Positions 22,077 to 33,140 are shown, counted from the first letter of the stretch. The stretch: 64,000 bases of DNA from Ignavibacteriota bacterium (GCA_963727825.1 CAVSHO010000001.1:64001-128000), one strand, 5' to 3'. Notes: generated by a model from the sequence alone, not told the origin. Numbers and translations: made by a program.

Positions 22077-23492
22077 ATGCCTGAAGCGTCTTTTCTTTTT
22101 TCTCAATATGGGCATGTTGTTGATTTGCTGCCCGAGATGGTGCTAATCCTGGATGATGAAAACAGGGTTCTCGACGCCAACAAAATAGCCGTCGATGAGC
22201 TGGGAGTGATTGTCCGACCATCGCATCCAAAATATGTCTTCGATATAATTCCTGAAGATGAACGTACTGTTTTTAGAAACTTGTTTCCGTTTACCGACCA
22301 ATTGAAATTTGAAACTAAATTTCGTAGGCGAGATAGATCGGTAATCGATGTTAGGGGGATGGTGCGGATCTTGCATTCGGGTCAAACGAAATACTGGGTG
22401 CTGGTGATGCGCGATGTAACAAAAGAAAAGCGGAAAGAACTAGATTTACTTCGTTTCTCCAATGTCATCCACAATACAATTAATCCTATACAGATCAGCG
22501 ATGCAAATGGAACAATGGTGTATGTCAATCCGGCTTTTGAAAAAGTGACCGGTTATAGCAATACAGAATTGATAGGAAAGAATCCCAATATCTTAAACAG
22601 CCGTAAGCATAGCAAAGAATTTTGGTCTGGAGTATGGAAGCATATTATTTCGGGCAAAGTTTGGATAGGTAGAATTGAAAACCGGCGGAAAGATGGGAGT
22701 CCATTTTTCACAGAGCTTGTCATTTCGCCGATCGTTGATTCGCATGGCAAAATCGCGGGTTATCTTGGTGCGCACCGGGATATCACAGAACAAATTATTT
22801 TGGAGCAACAGCTTGTTCGTTCACAACGTATGGAAAGTATCGGCACTCTCGCAGCCGGTATTGCGCACGAAGTTGGTAACCCGCTAACAGCTATTTCATC
22901 GCTAGTACAAGTCCTTCAGCGTACAAGCGTAGATGAATTTGCCAAAGAGAAATTAGAGTTAATCAATAGTCAAGTGAATCGTATTACCCGGATCATTCGT
23001 GAACTTGTAGATTTTTCGCGTCCATCAACGCACGTTGTGAAACCGACGAATATCAACCGAATTGTCAAAGAAGCGCTGAACATTGTTCAGTATGGGAAAA
23101 AAGTTAAGGATATTACTTTTACTCTCGAATTGGATGAACAGCTTCCTGAGATTGCCGCAGTGCCAGATCAAATCGTTCAGGTTTTTATCAACATTCTAAT
23201 GAATGCCGTGGATGCATTGGATGAACGCCGTGGTACGATCACTGTTCGCAGTTGTAAGAACGATCATGCGGTTGAAGTGATAGTGCAAGATACAGGAAAA
23301 GGAATTGAGTCTTCAGCATTGGAAAAAATCTTCGAACCGTTCTATACTACAAAAACTACGGGCCAAGGCACGGGGCTTGGGTTATGGGTGAGTTACGGTA
23401 TCGTAAAAAGTTTTGGCGGCGATGTGTTTGTGGAAAGTATTCCCGAAAAGGGAAGCACCTTCACCGTCTCGTTTCCCTGGAAAGGTATCTAA
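22077..23492 (+). CDS. Cytoplasmic PAS-PAS sensor histidine kinase (NtrB/AtoS-like)
   Basis: No TM; PAS YVNPAFEKVTGY..ELIGKNP; AHEVGNPL H-box; DTGKGI; GTGLGL. Confidence 0.92.
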   Translation: MPEASFLFSQYGHVVDLLPEMVLILDDENRVLDANKIAVDELGVIVRPSHPKYVFDIIPEDERTVFRNLFPFTDQLKFETKFRRRDRSVIDVRGMVRILHSGQTKYWVLVMRDVTKEKRKELDLLRFSNVIHNTINPIQISDANGTMVYVNPAFEKVTGYSNTELIGKNPNILNSRKHSKEFWSGVWKHIISGKVWIGRIENRRKDGSPFFTELVISPIVDSHGKIAGYLGAHRDITEQIILEQQLVRSQRMESIGTLAAGIAHEVGNPLTAISSLVQVLQRTSVDEFAKEKLELINSQVNRITRIIRELVDFSRPSTHVVKPTNINRIVKEALNIVQYGKKVKDITFTLELDEQLPEIAAVPDQIVQVFINILMNAVDALDERRGTITVRSCKNDHAVEVIVQDTGKGIESSALEKIFEPFYTTKTTGQGTGLGLWVSYGIVKSFGGDVFVESIPEKGSTFTVSFPWKGI

Positions 23493-24853
23493 TGGCGCAA
23501 CGTATATTAGTGGTTGATGATGAACAAATAATACGTGAATCCCTCTCGTTCATTTTAAAGAAAGAAGGATATAATGTTGAAGAAGCGGCAAACGGTAAAG
23601 ACGCATTAACGAAACATGAAGCAAATCTATTCGATATCATCATCACCGATATTGAAATGCCTGAAATGAAAGGAGTCGATTTGCTGAAGCAAATTCGTCA
23701 GCGGACGCCACAAACATTGGTTGTTATTATTACGGCATTTGGATCTGTCGAGACGGCAGTGCTTGCACTGCGCGAAGGCGCCGCGGATTATATTTTAAAG
23801 CCGGTTAACTTTGATGATCTGTTATACCGTGTGAAGAAGCTTTGCGATTACCATGCACTGATTGTCGAAAATTCTCTCTTACGTCGAGAACTTCAGCGCA
23901 CCTATGATTTCGATCAAATTATAGGTCAAAGCACTCCGATGAAAAAAGTCTTCGAGGTAATTAAACGTGTTGCTCATAGCGAAGGTACTGTATTAATCAC
24001 CGGTAAAAGCGGTACTGGAAAAGAGATTGTTGCGCGAGCTATTCACTATAACAGTCCGCGACACGGAAAACGATTTTTACCTATCAATTGCGGTGCTATT
24101 GTTGACACATTGTTTGAAAGCGAGCTCTTCGGACACAAAAAGGGGTCTTTCACAGGTGCAACAGTAGACAAAGAGGGATTGTTGAAAGTTGCTGAAGGCG
24201 GCACGGTCTTCCTTGATGAAGTAAGTGAAATTCCAATTCAACTTCAGGTTAAATTGTTGCGTGCCCTTGAGCAAAGAGAAATTACACCTGTCGGCATGAC
24301 GGAACCAATTAAAATTGATGTTCGAATTATTGCCGCTACAAATCGAGATCTGCGCAAAGAGGTGGAGAATGGCAGGTTCCGCGACGATCTTTATTATCGT
24401 TTGAATGTTGTCGAAATCGATTTGCCGTCACTCAAGGAACGTCCTGACGATATTCCTATTCTTGCACAGCATTTTCTTGACATCTTTAAAAAGCAAATGA
24501 GCAAACCAATTCAGGGTTTTGCAAACGAAGCTATGCGTGCATTGCTTCAGTACCAATGGAAAGGCGAAGTACGTGAGTTAGAGAATGTCATAGAGCGCGC
24601 AGTCATCTTTTGCGATGAAGAATTTATCGGACTTGAACATCTTCCGGAATACATGAGACCTAAAGAAGATATTCCTTCAATTTCTTCCGGTCATGGGACA
24701 CTCAAGGATGCAGTTAAAAGTTTTGAACGGCAATTCATTCAACAGACGCTATCAGCTTGCGCACAGAACAAGGAAGCAGCTGCCAAAGTTTTAGGTGTTA
24801 GTCTTTCTTCGCTCTATCGCAAATTAGAAGAACTACAAATACCGGTGCGCTGA
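23492..24853 (+). CDS. Sigma54-dependent response regulator (NtrC family)
   Basis: Start coupled to kinase stop (TAATG); REC, GKSGTGKE, ESELFGHKKGSFTGA, FLDEV, Fis-type HTH. Confidence 0.93.
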   Translation: MAQRILVVDDEQIIRESLSFILKKEGYNVEEAANGKDALTKHEANLFDIIITDIEMPEMKGVDLLKQIRQRTPQTLVVIITAFGSVETAVLALREGAADYILKPVNFDDLLYRVKKLCDYHALIVENSLLRRELQRTYDFDQIIGQSTPMKKVFEVIKRVAHSEGTVLITGKSGTGKEIVARAIHYNSPRHGKRFLPINCGAIVDTLFESELFGHKKGSFTGATVDKEGLLKVAEGGTVFLDEVSEIPIQLQVKLLRALEQREITPVGMTEPIKIDVRIIAATNRDLRKEVENGRFRDDLYYRLNVVEIDLPSLKERPDDIPILAQHFLDIFKKQMSKPIQGFANEAMRALLQYQWKGEVRELENVIERAVIFCDEEFIGLEHLPEYMRPKEDIPSISSGHGTLKDAVKSFERQFIQQTLSACAQNKEAAAKVLGVSLSSLYRKLEELQIPVR

Positions 24854-25028
24854 GTGGAATTTTCTATTTTTTCTCAAAAATATATTCATAAACGCCGGTT
24901 TATTTCTTCTGATTTGTAAGAAACCTGCGTAAAACGATTTCCTAAAACCTGCAAATTATGTAGAAATAGCAATGCTTACTTCGCACGATTAACCTTGATT
25001 TACTGAATCTTGTTGCCCTAATAATTAC

Positions 25029-25044
25029 TGGCACATTCCTTGCA
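25029..25044 (+). promoter_or_regulatory. Sigma54 -24/-12 promoter
   Basis: TGGCACATTCCTTGCA = TGGCAC-N5-TTGCA, GG-N10-GC; lies just downstream of an NtrC gene. Confidence 0.85.
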
Positions 25045-25085
25045 AAATATTTGTATAATTATCAATATTTACACGAGAGAAATAT

Positions 25086-25274
25086 ATGAAGTTACGGTGG
25101 TTTATTGTGGGAATCGTTGCCGTTGCAGCAGGTAGCATATTTATGATTAAACATTTAGTGGATAACAAGAAGACAGTTCTTCCTTTCGTTGATAACAACA
25201 ATGAAAAGAGTTATGGCAAGTTCCCGCGTGAAATTCTTGAAACAGAATTTGATGACGCAGATTATTTAACATAA
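25086..25274 (+). CDS. Small membrane-anchored protein (62 aa), unknown function
   Basis: First ORF after the sigma54 promoter; N-terminal TM, acidic tail ETEFDDADYLT. Confidence 0.6.
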   Translation: MKLRWFIVGIVAVAAGSIFMIKHLVDNKKTVLPFVDNNNEKSYGKFPREILETEFDDADYLT

Positions 25275-25313
25275 CTCCGATATATAGGGCATCGAATAAG
25301 AGACGACTTTACC

Positions 25314-25736
25314 ATGTCCAATCAGACTGGTATTATTTCGCAAGAAAAACCAAAGGTGGTAGTAGATTCTACCGTCTCCCGGAAGCGTGTGCTCGTTTTT
25401 AGCCCCGATGCGGATTTGGCACGATTTCTTCTACTGAATCTCGAAGACAAGTTCCAGATTATACGCGAAAACCGATTGGAACACTTTAAACAAGCAGTCA
25501 AAGAAACTTTGCCAGATTTGATATTAGTCGATCTTTTCGCGTTTTCTACTGATATAATCAAGCAACTCGACATTGTACGCCGGATGGCAGGAATAGTTCC
25601 AATCATCGCATTACGCGCATATATGTCTCTTACACCTGAGATGAACAAATCAATTGATGATCTTACAAATGCGGTTTTTTATAAACCGGTCGACGTAGAA
25701 CTTATTACGCAGGCCATTGAAGATTTGTTGAAATAG
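25314..25736 (+). CDS. Atypical stand-alone receiver-domain protein
   Basis: RVLVFSPD, PDLILVDL, PIIALRA, FYKPVD: REC pattern with degenerate acidic pocket. Confidence 0.7.
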   Translation: MSNQTGIISQEKPKVVVDSTVSRKRVLVFSPDADLARFLLLNLEDKFQIIRENRLEHFKQAVKETLPDLILVDLFAFSTDIIKQLDIVRRMAGIVPIIALRAYMSLTPEMNKSIDDLTNAVFYKPVDVELITQAIEDLLK

Positions 25737-25850
25737 ATATATTATATATGTGTTCCAAGGTGACGATTGAATAATTGCAGGATTTTTGAGATCATAGTAT
25801 TTGTACTAACTTATCTTATATTCTCATAAAGCAATCTTGTAGGTATCCAC

Positions 25851-26978
25851 GTGAAAACTTATATTTTTGAACGCAGTGAACTTGATCATCTGGTTGAAAT
25901 TCTAAAAAGTCGTAACTATAAAGTCATTGGACCCGTCATTCGCGATGACGCAATAATTTACGATGAGTTGACAAATACAAAAGACCTTCCCATCGGCTGG
26001 ACAGATGAACAGACAAATGGCATGTACCGATTGAAAAATCGTGATGATGCCGCTGTGTTTGGCTGGACGGTTGGTCCACAGTCATGGAAGAAATTTCTTT
26101 TCCCGCCAATTCAAAAAATCTTTGCAACCCATAAAAGTACTAAAGGACTTGATCTCCCGAATTCGAAGAAACAACCATCACAAGAGTTGACAGCTACAAA
26201 ATATGCTTTTTTGGGTGTTCGCCCCTGCGATTTAAGCGCGATCGCTATTCAAGATAAAGTATTTCTTGGTGGGCCTTTTATTGATCCGGTCTATGAACGA
26301 AAACGTTCTGGGAATTTTATTGTAACGGTAAATTGCGGAAAAGCAGGCGGAACCTGTTTTTGCGCATCGATGGGCACTGGACCAAAAGCCGTAAAAGGAT
26401 TTGATCTTGCACTGACCGAAATATTAGACAACAAGCGCCATTACTTTATTGCAGAAGTGGGGACTGAACTGGGTGGGGATGTTCTCAAGAGCGTGAAGTG
26501 TGTAAAGGCAACCGAAGAAAACATTGTAGCAGTCAACGAGATCTGCGAGAAGACCGTGAAACAAATGGGACGTTCACTCGATACATCCAATTTAAAAACT
26601 ATTCTATATCAAAATTCCGAACACCCGCGGTGGGAACGAACTGCAGCGCGATGCCTTACCTGTGCTAATTGCACAATGGTTTGCCCAACCTGTTTCTGCG
26701 TTACTATAGAAGATGTGACTGATCTTGCAGGCACGCAGGCAGATCGTGTGCGAAAATGGGATTCCTGCTTCACACTCGACTTTTCATATATCCATGGTGG
26801 AAGTGTGCGTGCCTCTGCAAAAGCACGCTACCGGCAATGGATGACACACAAACTGGCATCGTGGATAGATCAGTTCGGAACATCTGGCTGTGTCGGATGC
26901 GGCCGCTGTATTACGTGGTGTCCAGTCGGTATAGATATTACAGAAGAAACACGCGCAATTCGCGAAAATCAGTCGTAA
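25851..26978 (+). CDS. hydB: Group 3b [NiFe] sulfhydrogenase beta (Fe-S) subunit
   Basis: [45 protein letters not shown]; GTG start. Confidence 0.88.
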   Translation: MKTYIFERSELDHLVEILKSRNYKVIGPVIRDDAIIYDELTNTKDLPIGWTDEQTNGMYRLKNRDDAAVFGWTVGPQSWKKFLFPPIQKIFATHKSTKGLDLPNSKKQPSQELTATKYAFLGVRPCDLSAIAIQDKVFLGGPFIDPVYERKRSGNFIVTVNCGKAGGTCFCASMGTGPKAVKGFDLALTEILDNKRHYFIAEVGTELGGDVLKSVKCVKATEENIVAVNEICEKTVKQMGRSLDTSNLKTILYQNSEHPRWERTAARCLTCANCTMVCPTCFCVTIEDVTDLAGTQADRVRKWDSCFTLDFSYIHGGSVRASAKARYRQWMTHKLASWIDQFGTSGCVGCGRCITWCPVGIDITEETRAIRENQS

Positions 26979-27007
26979 GGAATTACTATAATTAAAGGAA
27001 AAGTGCT

Positions 27008-27469
27008 ATGGAAGATCTGAAAGATATTCTTGCAAAACATCCGTTCTTTAAAGGATTCAATGAAGAGTATTTTGCACTTATAGTCGGTTGTGCATCGAAT
27101 ATACGCGCCAACGCTGGTAAGATGATTCTTCGAGAAGGTGAAGAAGCAAATCATTTCTACCTCATTCGTTCGGGAAAAGTGACGCTCCAATTGATGACGC
27201 CAAATAAAGGGCCGATCATTATTGAAACATTGAGTGAGGGAGATATTCTCGGCTGGTCGTGGCTTGTGCCACCATATACTTGGCACTTCGATGCAAAGGC
27301 ATTGGAACTCACACGCATGATCGCCCTTGATGGGAAGTGCTTGCGTAATAAGTGCGAGAATGATCATCACCTTGGGTACGAATTGTTAAAACGCTTCGCT
27401 GACATAATGACGAAACGACTGAATTCTACACGCTTACAACTTCTGGATATTTATGGCGACCGATCCTGA
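27008..27469 (+). CDS. Stand-alone cyclic-nucleotide-binding domain protein
   Basis: [24 protein letters not shown]; no HTH. Confidence 0.85.
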   Translation: MEDLKDILAKHPFFKGFNEEYFALIVGCASNIRANAGKMILREGEEANHFYLIRSGKVTLQLMTPNKGPIIIETLSEGDILGWSWLVPPYTWHFDAKALELTRMIALDGKCLRNKCENDHHLGYELLKRFADIMTKRLNSTRLQLLDIYGDRS

Positions 27470-28322
27470 ATTGCTATCACTCAAATTGGATTACAAACGG
27501 AATCCAATGCTTCCATGGCCGTTTCAAATCCGGCGGGTTAAGCATGAAACGGAAGACACATTCACCGTTGAATTACAACCTCTGGGCGCTTTGGAGGAGT
27601 TTGCGTTTCAGCCGGGACAGTTCAATATGATTTATGTACATGGAGTCGGTGAAATTCCGATTTCAATCAGCGGCGATCCTGCAAATCCACGTACACTTGT
27701 GCATACAACACGCGCAGTTGGCACTGTAACGAAAGCAATGGATAAAATGCGGCGCGGAGACATTTTAGGTATTCGCGGTCCGTATGGAACACCATGGCCT
27801 GTGGATCAAGCAATCGGATTGGATGTCGTTTTCGTTGCCGGCGGTATAGGGCTGGCACCATTACGACCAGCATTATATGAGGTCGTTGCCCACCGTGAGC
27901 AATACGGAAAAGTAGTATTATTATATGGGACACGCACACCCTTAGATGTTCTTTTTCGGCAAGAACTGGAGAACTGGCGTGCACGCTTCGATTTAGAAAT
28001 TTATGTTACAGTTGATCGAGCGATGAGCGGCTGGCGCGGCAATGTTGGAGTAGTGACGAATCTTATTTCCCGTGCGCCATTTAATCCGCGTAATACGATG
28101 GCATGCGTCTGCGGTCCGGAAATTATGATGCGGTTCACAGCAATGGAACTGCACAAGCGCGGTGTCGATAATGAACGCATTTTTGTTTCAATGGAGCGTA
28201 ATATGAAATGTGCTATCGGCTTGTGCGGTCATTGCCAGTTCGGATCGGTCTTTGTATGTAAAGATGGGCCTGTCTTTCAGTATAGTAAAATCAAGGATAT
28301 GCTGGTGAAATGGGAAATTTAA
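27453..28322 (+). CDS. hydG: Sulfhydrogenase gamma subunit (FAD/NAD(P), 2Fe-2S)
   Basis: [47 protein letters not shown]. Confidence 0.88.
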   Translation: MATDPELLSLKLDYKRNPMLPWPFQIRRVKHETEDTFTVELQPLGALEEFAFQPGQFNMIYVHGVGEIPISISGDPANPRTLVHTTRAVGTVTKAMDKMRRGDILGIRGPYGTPWPVDQAIGLDVVFVAGGIGLAPLRPALYEVVAHREQYGKVVLLYGTRTPLDVLFRQELENWRARFDLEIYVTVDRAMSGWRGNVGVVTNLISRAPFNPRNTMACVCGPEIMMRFTAMELHKRGVDNERIFVSMERNMKCAIGLCGHCQFGSVFVCKDGPVFQYSKIKDMLVKWEI

Positions 28323-28338
28323 TATAAAGAGCACGAAG

Positions 28339-29154
28339 ATGCCCACTAAGAACATAAAGGCTCTAAAAATGGCTGCCAAGAAAATGCGTAAGCCGAAACT
28401 TGCTGTTTGGAAATTTTCTTCATGCGATGGATGTCAGTTAAGTTTGCTCGATTGTGAAGACGAACTGCTCGCCATCACCGAGCACTTAGAGATCGCTAAC
28501 TTCGTAGAAGCGTCACGCGCAGTAGTGAAAGGTCCATATGACGTTTCACTTGTGGAAGGCTCTATCACTACGCCACACGATGCCGAGCGCATCCACCAAG
28601 TGCGGCGGCAGTCGAAAGTTCTCATTACCATCGGAGCATGCGCGACGGCAGGAGGCATACAAGCGCTTCGCAACTTCAAGGATGTGAAACAATTCATCGC
28701 GATGGTTTATGCCAACCCGAAATACATCGAAACGCTAAATAAATCTACACCTATTGCAGATCATGTCTTTGTTGATTTTGAGTTACGCGGTTGTCCGATC
28801 AATAAGCATCAATTGGTGGAAGTCATTAATGCATATCTCAACGGTCGTAAACCAAATACACCGGCATATGCCGTGTGCATTGAATGCAAACGGCGCTTTA
28901 TCACTTGCGGATTGGTGTCGCACGGTCCAACATGCCTCGGTCCGGTCACGCAAGCAGGCTGCAATGCATTATGTCCATCATACCACCGTGGCTGCTTTGG
29001 TTGTTATGGACCAAAGGAAACACCAAACACATCTGCACTTAGCACATACTGGAATTCACTCGGTGTAAAAGATGATGAACTAGTACGTTTGTTCCGCGGA
29101 TTCAATGCTTATGCTGAAGCATTCCGGAAAGAAAGCGAAGCACATGAAAAGTAA
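28339..29154 (+). CDS. hydD: Sulfhydrogenase delta (small) subunit
   Basis: [38 protein letters not shown]; no Tat signal; start may be a few codons later. Confidence 0.88.
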   Translation: MPTKNIKALKMAAKKMRKPKLAVWKFSSCDGCQLSLLDCEDELLAITEHLEIANFVEASRAVVKGPYDVSLVEGSITTPHDAERIHQVRRQSKVLITIGACATAGGIQALRNFKDVKQFIAMVYANPKYIETLNKSTPIADHVFVDFELRGCPINKHQLVEVINAYLNGRKPNTPAYAVCIECKRRFITCGLVSHGPTCLGPVTQAGCNALCPSYHRGCFGCYGPKETPNTSALSTYWNSLGVKDDELVRLFRGFNAYAEAFRKESEAHEK

Positions 29155-30433
29155 GACCATAAAAGTTGATTACCTTGCCCGCGTAGAGGGCGAAGGCGGA
29201 TTATTAGTGAAAGTCAGCGGAAATAAAGTTGCCGATGTCAAATTCAATATCTTTGAGCCGCCAAGATTTTTTGAAGCATTTCTCCGCGGCAGACATTACA
29301 GCGAAGCGCCGGATATTACCGCGCGCATTTGCGGCATTTGTCCTGTTGCATACCAAATGAGTTCCGTTCATGCGATGGAAAACGCTTTTGGTGTTAGGGT
29401 AGACGGACAGCTCCGGGCGCTCCGCCGATTATTATATTGCGGTGAATGGATTGAAAGTCATGCACTGCACATTTTCATGCTGCACACACCGGACTTTCTC
29501 GGTTACGCCGATGTGATTCAGATGGCAAAAGATCACGGTCCCGTTGTTCAAATGGCGTTAAAGATAAAAAAGGTCGGCAACGATATCGTTAATCTTATCG
29601 GCGGGAGGGAAATTCATCCGATCAATGTTCGAGTTGGCGGCTTCTACAAATTACCGACGAAGCAAGAACTTGAAACATTAGTCGAGCGATTAAAGTGGGC
29701 AGTGGATTCATCCATTCAGACTGTGAAATTTGTTGCCAAATTAACTTTTCCTGACTTTGAGCGTCCGTACGAATATGTCGCATTGCGCCACGAGAAGGAA
29801 TATCCATTTAATGAAGGACGGCTTTTTTCCAACAAGGGACTGGACATCGAGATTAATGAATATGAGAACCATTTTATGGAAGAGCACGTCTCACACTCCA
29901 ACGCACTTCACTGCATTTTAAAAGAACGCGGTGCGTATTTCGTCGGACCGCTGGCGCGTTATAACCTGAACTTCGATAAACTTACATCTGCCGCGCAAGA
30001 TGCCGCAAAGTCGGCAGGTATCGGAAAAGGGACAAATAACCCGTTCAAGAGTATCATCGTGCGATCAGTGGAGATGCTCTACGCCTGCGAAGAAGCGTTG
30101 CGCATTATAAAAGAGTATGAAATGCCAGAGAAAGCGGCAGTGGATATTCAACCAAAACTCGGTACCGGATATGGTTGTACCGAAGCACCAAGAGGTATCC
30201 TCTATCACCGATACCGTTTAGATGAGCGAGGGATTATTCTCGACGCAAAGATCGTTCCACCTACATCACAGAACCAGAAGACTATCGAACAGGACTTGCG
30301 AGAATTCGTTCCGCCACGCTTGCATCTTTCACAAGAGAAACTTACTTGGCAATGTGAACAAGCAATCCGGAATTATGATCCGTGCATTTCGTGTGCAACC
30401 CATTTCCTGAAGCTTGAGATCGAAGACGAATAA
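29144..30433 (+). CDS. hydA: Group 3b [NiFe] hydrogenase large (alpha) subunit
   Basis: ARVEGEG, PPRFFE, RICGICP (L1), [15 protein letters not shown] (L2) with 9-aa C-terminal extension; start at MKSK. Confidence 0.92.
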   Translation: MKSKTIKVDYLARVEGEGGLLVKVSGNKVADVKFNIFEPPRFFEAFLRGRHYSEAPDITARICGICPVAYQMSSVHAMENAFGVRVDGQLRALRRLLYCGEWIESHALHIFMLHTPDFLGYADVIQMAKDHGPVVQMALKIKKVGNDIVNLIGGREIHPINVRVGGFYKLPTKQELETLVERLKWAVDSSIQTVKFVAKLTFPDFERPYEYVALRHEKEYPFNEGRLFSNKGLDIEINEYENHFMEEHVSHSNALHCILKERGAYFVGPLARYNLNFDKLTSAAQDAAKSAGIGKGTNNPFKSIIVRSVEMLYACEEALRIIKEYEMPEKAAVDIQPKLGTGYGCTEAPRGILYHRYRLDERGIILDAKIVPPTSQNQKTIEQDLREFVPPRLHLSQEKLTWQCEQAIRNYDPCISCATHFLKLEIEDE

Positions 30434-30548
30434 CACAGAGACACATCCGATATGAATGCGATTGAACACAGCGACAGTGAAAATTTTTATTATTCTTACA
30501 ATTGATAGCTGAAATGTATTCATTCACGAATAAAGCAGGAGGTGGTGT

Positions 30549-31037
30549 ATGGCGAAGCTTGATGATGTGATTGATTACTTAAAGCACAACAACGTACAGT
30601 ATGAGGTGATTGAGCACCCCCCAGCATTTTCTGCGCACGAAGTTGCTGTTGTTTCACATGTGCCGGAAAAAGATCTGGCAAAAACTCTAATTGTTAACGC
30701 CGACGGAAAATATTATATGGTTGTGATGCCTGCTGACCACAGATTAGATGATCATTTGCTGCACGATGTACTAAAGTCGAAACATGTTCATCTTGCATCC
30801 GAAGAAGATTTACGGCAGATTTTTCCAGATTGTGAAGTTGGTGCTATGCCGCCGTTTGGAAATCTCTACGCCTTACCGGTGTATGCCGATAAATCGCTGG
30901 CAGATGATGATGTGATTGTCTTCAATGCATGTTCGCACATAAGATCTATTCGCCTTAAAATGTACGATTTCCTGCGATTAGTGAAACCTGTCGTTGCGGA
31001 ATTCTCACAGACGCGATTCGAGATAAAAGAACCATAA
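30549..31037 (+). CDS. YbaK/EbsC (ProX-like) aminoacyl-tRNA deacylase family protein
   Basis: LAKTLIV, LASE, CEVGAMPPFG, FNA.SH; RBS GGAGG. Confidence 0.85.
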   Translation: MAKLDDVIDYLKHNNVQYEVIEHPPAFSAHEVAVVSHVPEKDLAKTLIVNADGKYYMVVMPADHRLDDHLLHDVLKSKHVHLASEEDLRQIFPDCEVGAMPPFGNLYALPVYADKSLADDDVIVFNACSHIRSIRLKMYDFLRLVKPVVAEFSQTRFEIKEP

Positions 31038-31504
31038 TGATCGAGAACAGCCCAAGAAAGGTTCTTCTCATCGGGATTGGCAATGAGTATCGCGGTGATG
31101 ATGGAATTGGGTTGGAAGTAGCGCGTCAAATCCGGAAGAAACAATTTCCGTCTGTTATTGTAAAAGAAGAGTCGGGCGAAGGCGCCGCCCTGATGGAAAC
31201 GTGGCAAGGATGTAAGAACGTCATTATAGTGGACGCAATTTCATCAGGCGCAAAATCAGGAACGATAGTAAAAATTGATGCTAGTAAGGAAATTGTGCCA
31301 ATGAAGTTTTTTCATTATTCAACACACGCGTTCAGTGTTGCAGAAGCGATAGAGTTAGCAAGGGCGATGAGAACGCTGCCGCGGGAGCTCTTGATATATG
31401 GAATTGAAGGCGCAGACTTTAGTGCAGGAATGAATATATCGCACGTTGTGCAAGAGTCAGCAAAGCAAGTTGTCAAACAGATTTTAAAAAAGTTAAGGCA
31501 GTAG
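31037..31504 (+). CDS. Hydrogenase maturation endopeptidase (HycI/HyaD family)
   Basis: IGIGNEYRGDDGIG, IVDA, STH. Confidence 0.92.
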   Translation: MIENSPRKVLLIGIGNEYRGDDGIGLEVARQIRKKQFPSVIVKEESGEGAALMETWQGCKNVIIVDAISSGAKSGTIVKIDASKEIVPMKFFHYSTHAFSVAEAIELARAMRTLPRELLIYGIEGADFSAGMNISHVVQESAKQVVKQILKKLRQ

Positions 31505-31599
31505 GCTGGTAGAAATATTGTTGCCCTCTGCCGGTTGTCAACGTGCATTGCGCAAAAGATATCACGATAAGAAAATCATTTTTATTTAAGGAGTAATGA

Positions 31600-32244
31600 A
31601 TGCAAATCCCAACTTCACCATCGATTCGACCGGATGAAGTGCCGCGAAAAATAGAAAAAATGAAAAAAGTCGTCCGACGGATCAAGTTTGAGGCCGAACT
31701 TGACCACAATTTCGGTGAGCATATTGCAGAGAAAGCGTATGGACAAAAACTATTAGGTTGTATCCAATGTGGAACGTGTAGTGCAACATGTCCTTTATCG
31801 CACTATATGGATTATACACCACGAAAAGTTATCGCTATGACACGGGAAGGATTCAAAGAAGAAGTTTTGAATTCGCTCACAATCTGGCTTTGTGCCTCAT
31901 GTTATTCGTGTACTGTAGAATGCCCGCGCCAGATTCATATTACTGAAATTATGTATGCACTCAAGCGCGAAGCAATCCAGCTTGGTTACTATCCGAAAAG
32001 GCTGCCTATTCCAGTGCTTGCGCGCGAGTTCTATAAACGCGTTTTAAAAGATGGTCGCAGCACCGAAAGCTGGTTGCTCATAAGCCTATATCTTCACACG
32101 AATCCATTTGCAATGTTCAAAGAAGCGATACTCGGACTGAAGTTATTTTTACGCGGACGATTGACAATAGGGAGAGAGCGGATCAGACGACGTGACCAAC
32201 TCCATGCAATTCTTGGACATACGAAAGGAGGATCGCCATCATGA
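31600..32244 (+). CDS. hdrC: Heterodisulfide reductase subunit C
   Basis: CIQCGTCSATCP and WLCASCYSCTVECPR; RBS AAGGAG. Confidence 0.9.
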   Translation: MQIPTSPSIRPDEVPRKIEKMKKVVRRIKFEAELDHNFGEHIAEKAYGQKLLGCIQCGTCSATCPLSHYMDYTPRKVIAMTREGFKEEVLNSLTIWLCASCYSCTVECPRQIHITEIMYALKREAIQLGYYPKRLPIPVLAREFYKRVLKDGRSTESWLLISLYLHTNPFAMFKEAILGLKLFLRGRLTIGRERIRRRDQLHAILGHTKGGSPS

Positions 32245-33140
32245 AGTATCTCTATTATCCTGGTTGCTCCCTTCGTAGCACTGGTCGTGCATACGGCGAA
32301 TCACTTGAAGCGGTCTTCAAAGCGCTTGAAATACCCATGGAAGAGTTGGATGATTGGAACTGTTGTGGCGCCACCTCATATGTTTCCATCGACGAAACAG
32401 ATGCTTTCGCTCTTGCTGCCCGTAATCTTGCACTTGCTGAACAGCAGTCTTCAGATGAGAAAATAAATCTTATCGCACCTTGCAGTGCGTGTTACCTTGT
32501 GCTCTCAAAAACCGAGCGTTTTCTCGAAGATGTTCCAAATGTTAGTGCGAAAATCAATTCAAGCCTTAATAAAGCTGGACTTCATTACAATGGTCGTGTC
32601 GATGTACGCCATCCGATTGATGTATTGGTGAATGATTACGGTTTAGAGAACATCGCCAAACGTGTTAAGACTCCACTAAAAGGTGTTAAAGTTGCCTGTT
32701 ACTATGGTTGCCAGATTTTGCGACCATATGCCACGTTCGACGATCAATATCATCCGGAAACAATGGAAAAGCTTGTGAAAACTATTGGCGCGGATCCTGT
32801 TGATTGGTCCTTAAAAACCCGTTGTTGCGGAGGCAGTTTGACAGGCACAATACAAGAAGCAGGTCTACGGCTCAACCGTATATTACTCAATGATGCGCAA
32901 AAAAGTGGAGCCGCAGTTGTTCTCACATGTTGTCCGCTGTGTCAGCATAATATGGAATGTTATCAGCAACGGATTAATCGTATGTACGATGAAGAAATTG
33001 ATATCCCGGTGATGTACTTCACGCAATTAATGGGCATTGCACTCGGTTTATCAGAGAAGGAAGTTAGTATGCAAAGACTGTTTAAGAAGCCATCGCTCAA
33101 ACGTTTTACTCAGAAAGGAGCGACGGCAAATGCATGGTAA
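32241..33140 (+). CDS. hdrB: Heterodisulfide reductase subunit B
   Basis: YYPGC, WNCCGA, PCSAC, YYGC, CCGG, CPLC (two CCG domains). Confidence 0.92.
   Translation: MKYLYYPGCSLRSTGRAYGESLEAVFKALEIPMEELDDWNCCGATSYVSIDETDAFALAARNLALAEQQSSDEKINLIAPCSACYLVLSKTERFLEDVPNVSAKINSSLNKAGLHYNGRVDVRHPIDVLVNDYGLENIAKRVKTPLKGVKVACYYGCQILRPYATFDDQYHPETMEKLVKTIGADPVDWSLKTRCCGGSLTGTIQEAGLRLNRILLNDAQKSGAAVVLTCCPLCQHNMECYQQRINRMYDEEIDIPVMYFTQLMGIALGLSEKEVSMQRLFKKPSLKRFTQKGATANAW

Noticed and set aside
22477-22790. LOV photoreceptor domain in the PAS kinase
   Set aside because: The GRNCRFLQ cysteine is absent (GKNPNILN).
23384-23491. 36-aa N-terminal extension of the NtrC regulator in the ORF track
   Set aside because: Overlaps the kinase; the REC domain begins at the coupled ATG 23492. 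Similar over-extended starts were trimmed for hydA, hdrA, mvhD, mvhG, hypC, sixA, hutH and the aminotransferase.
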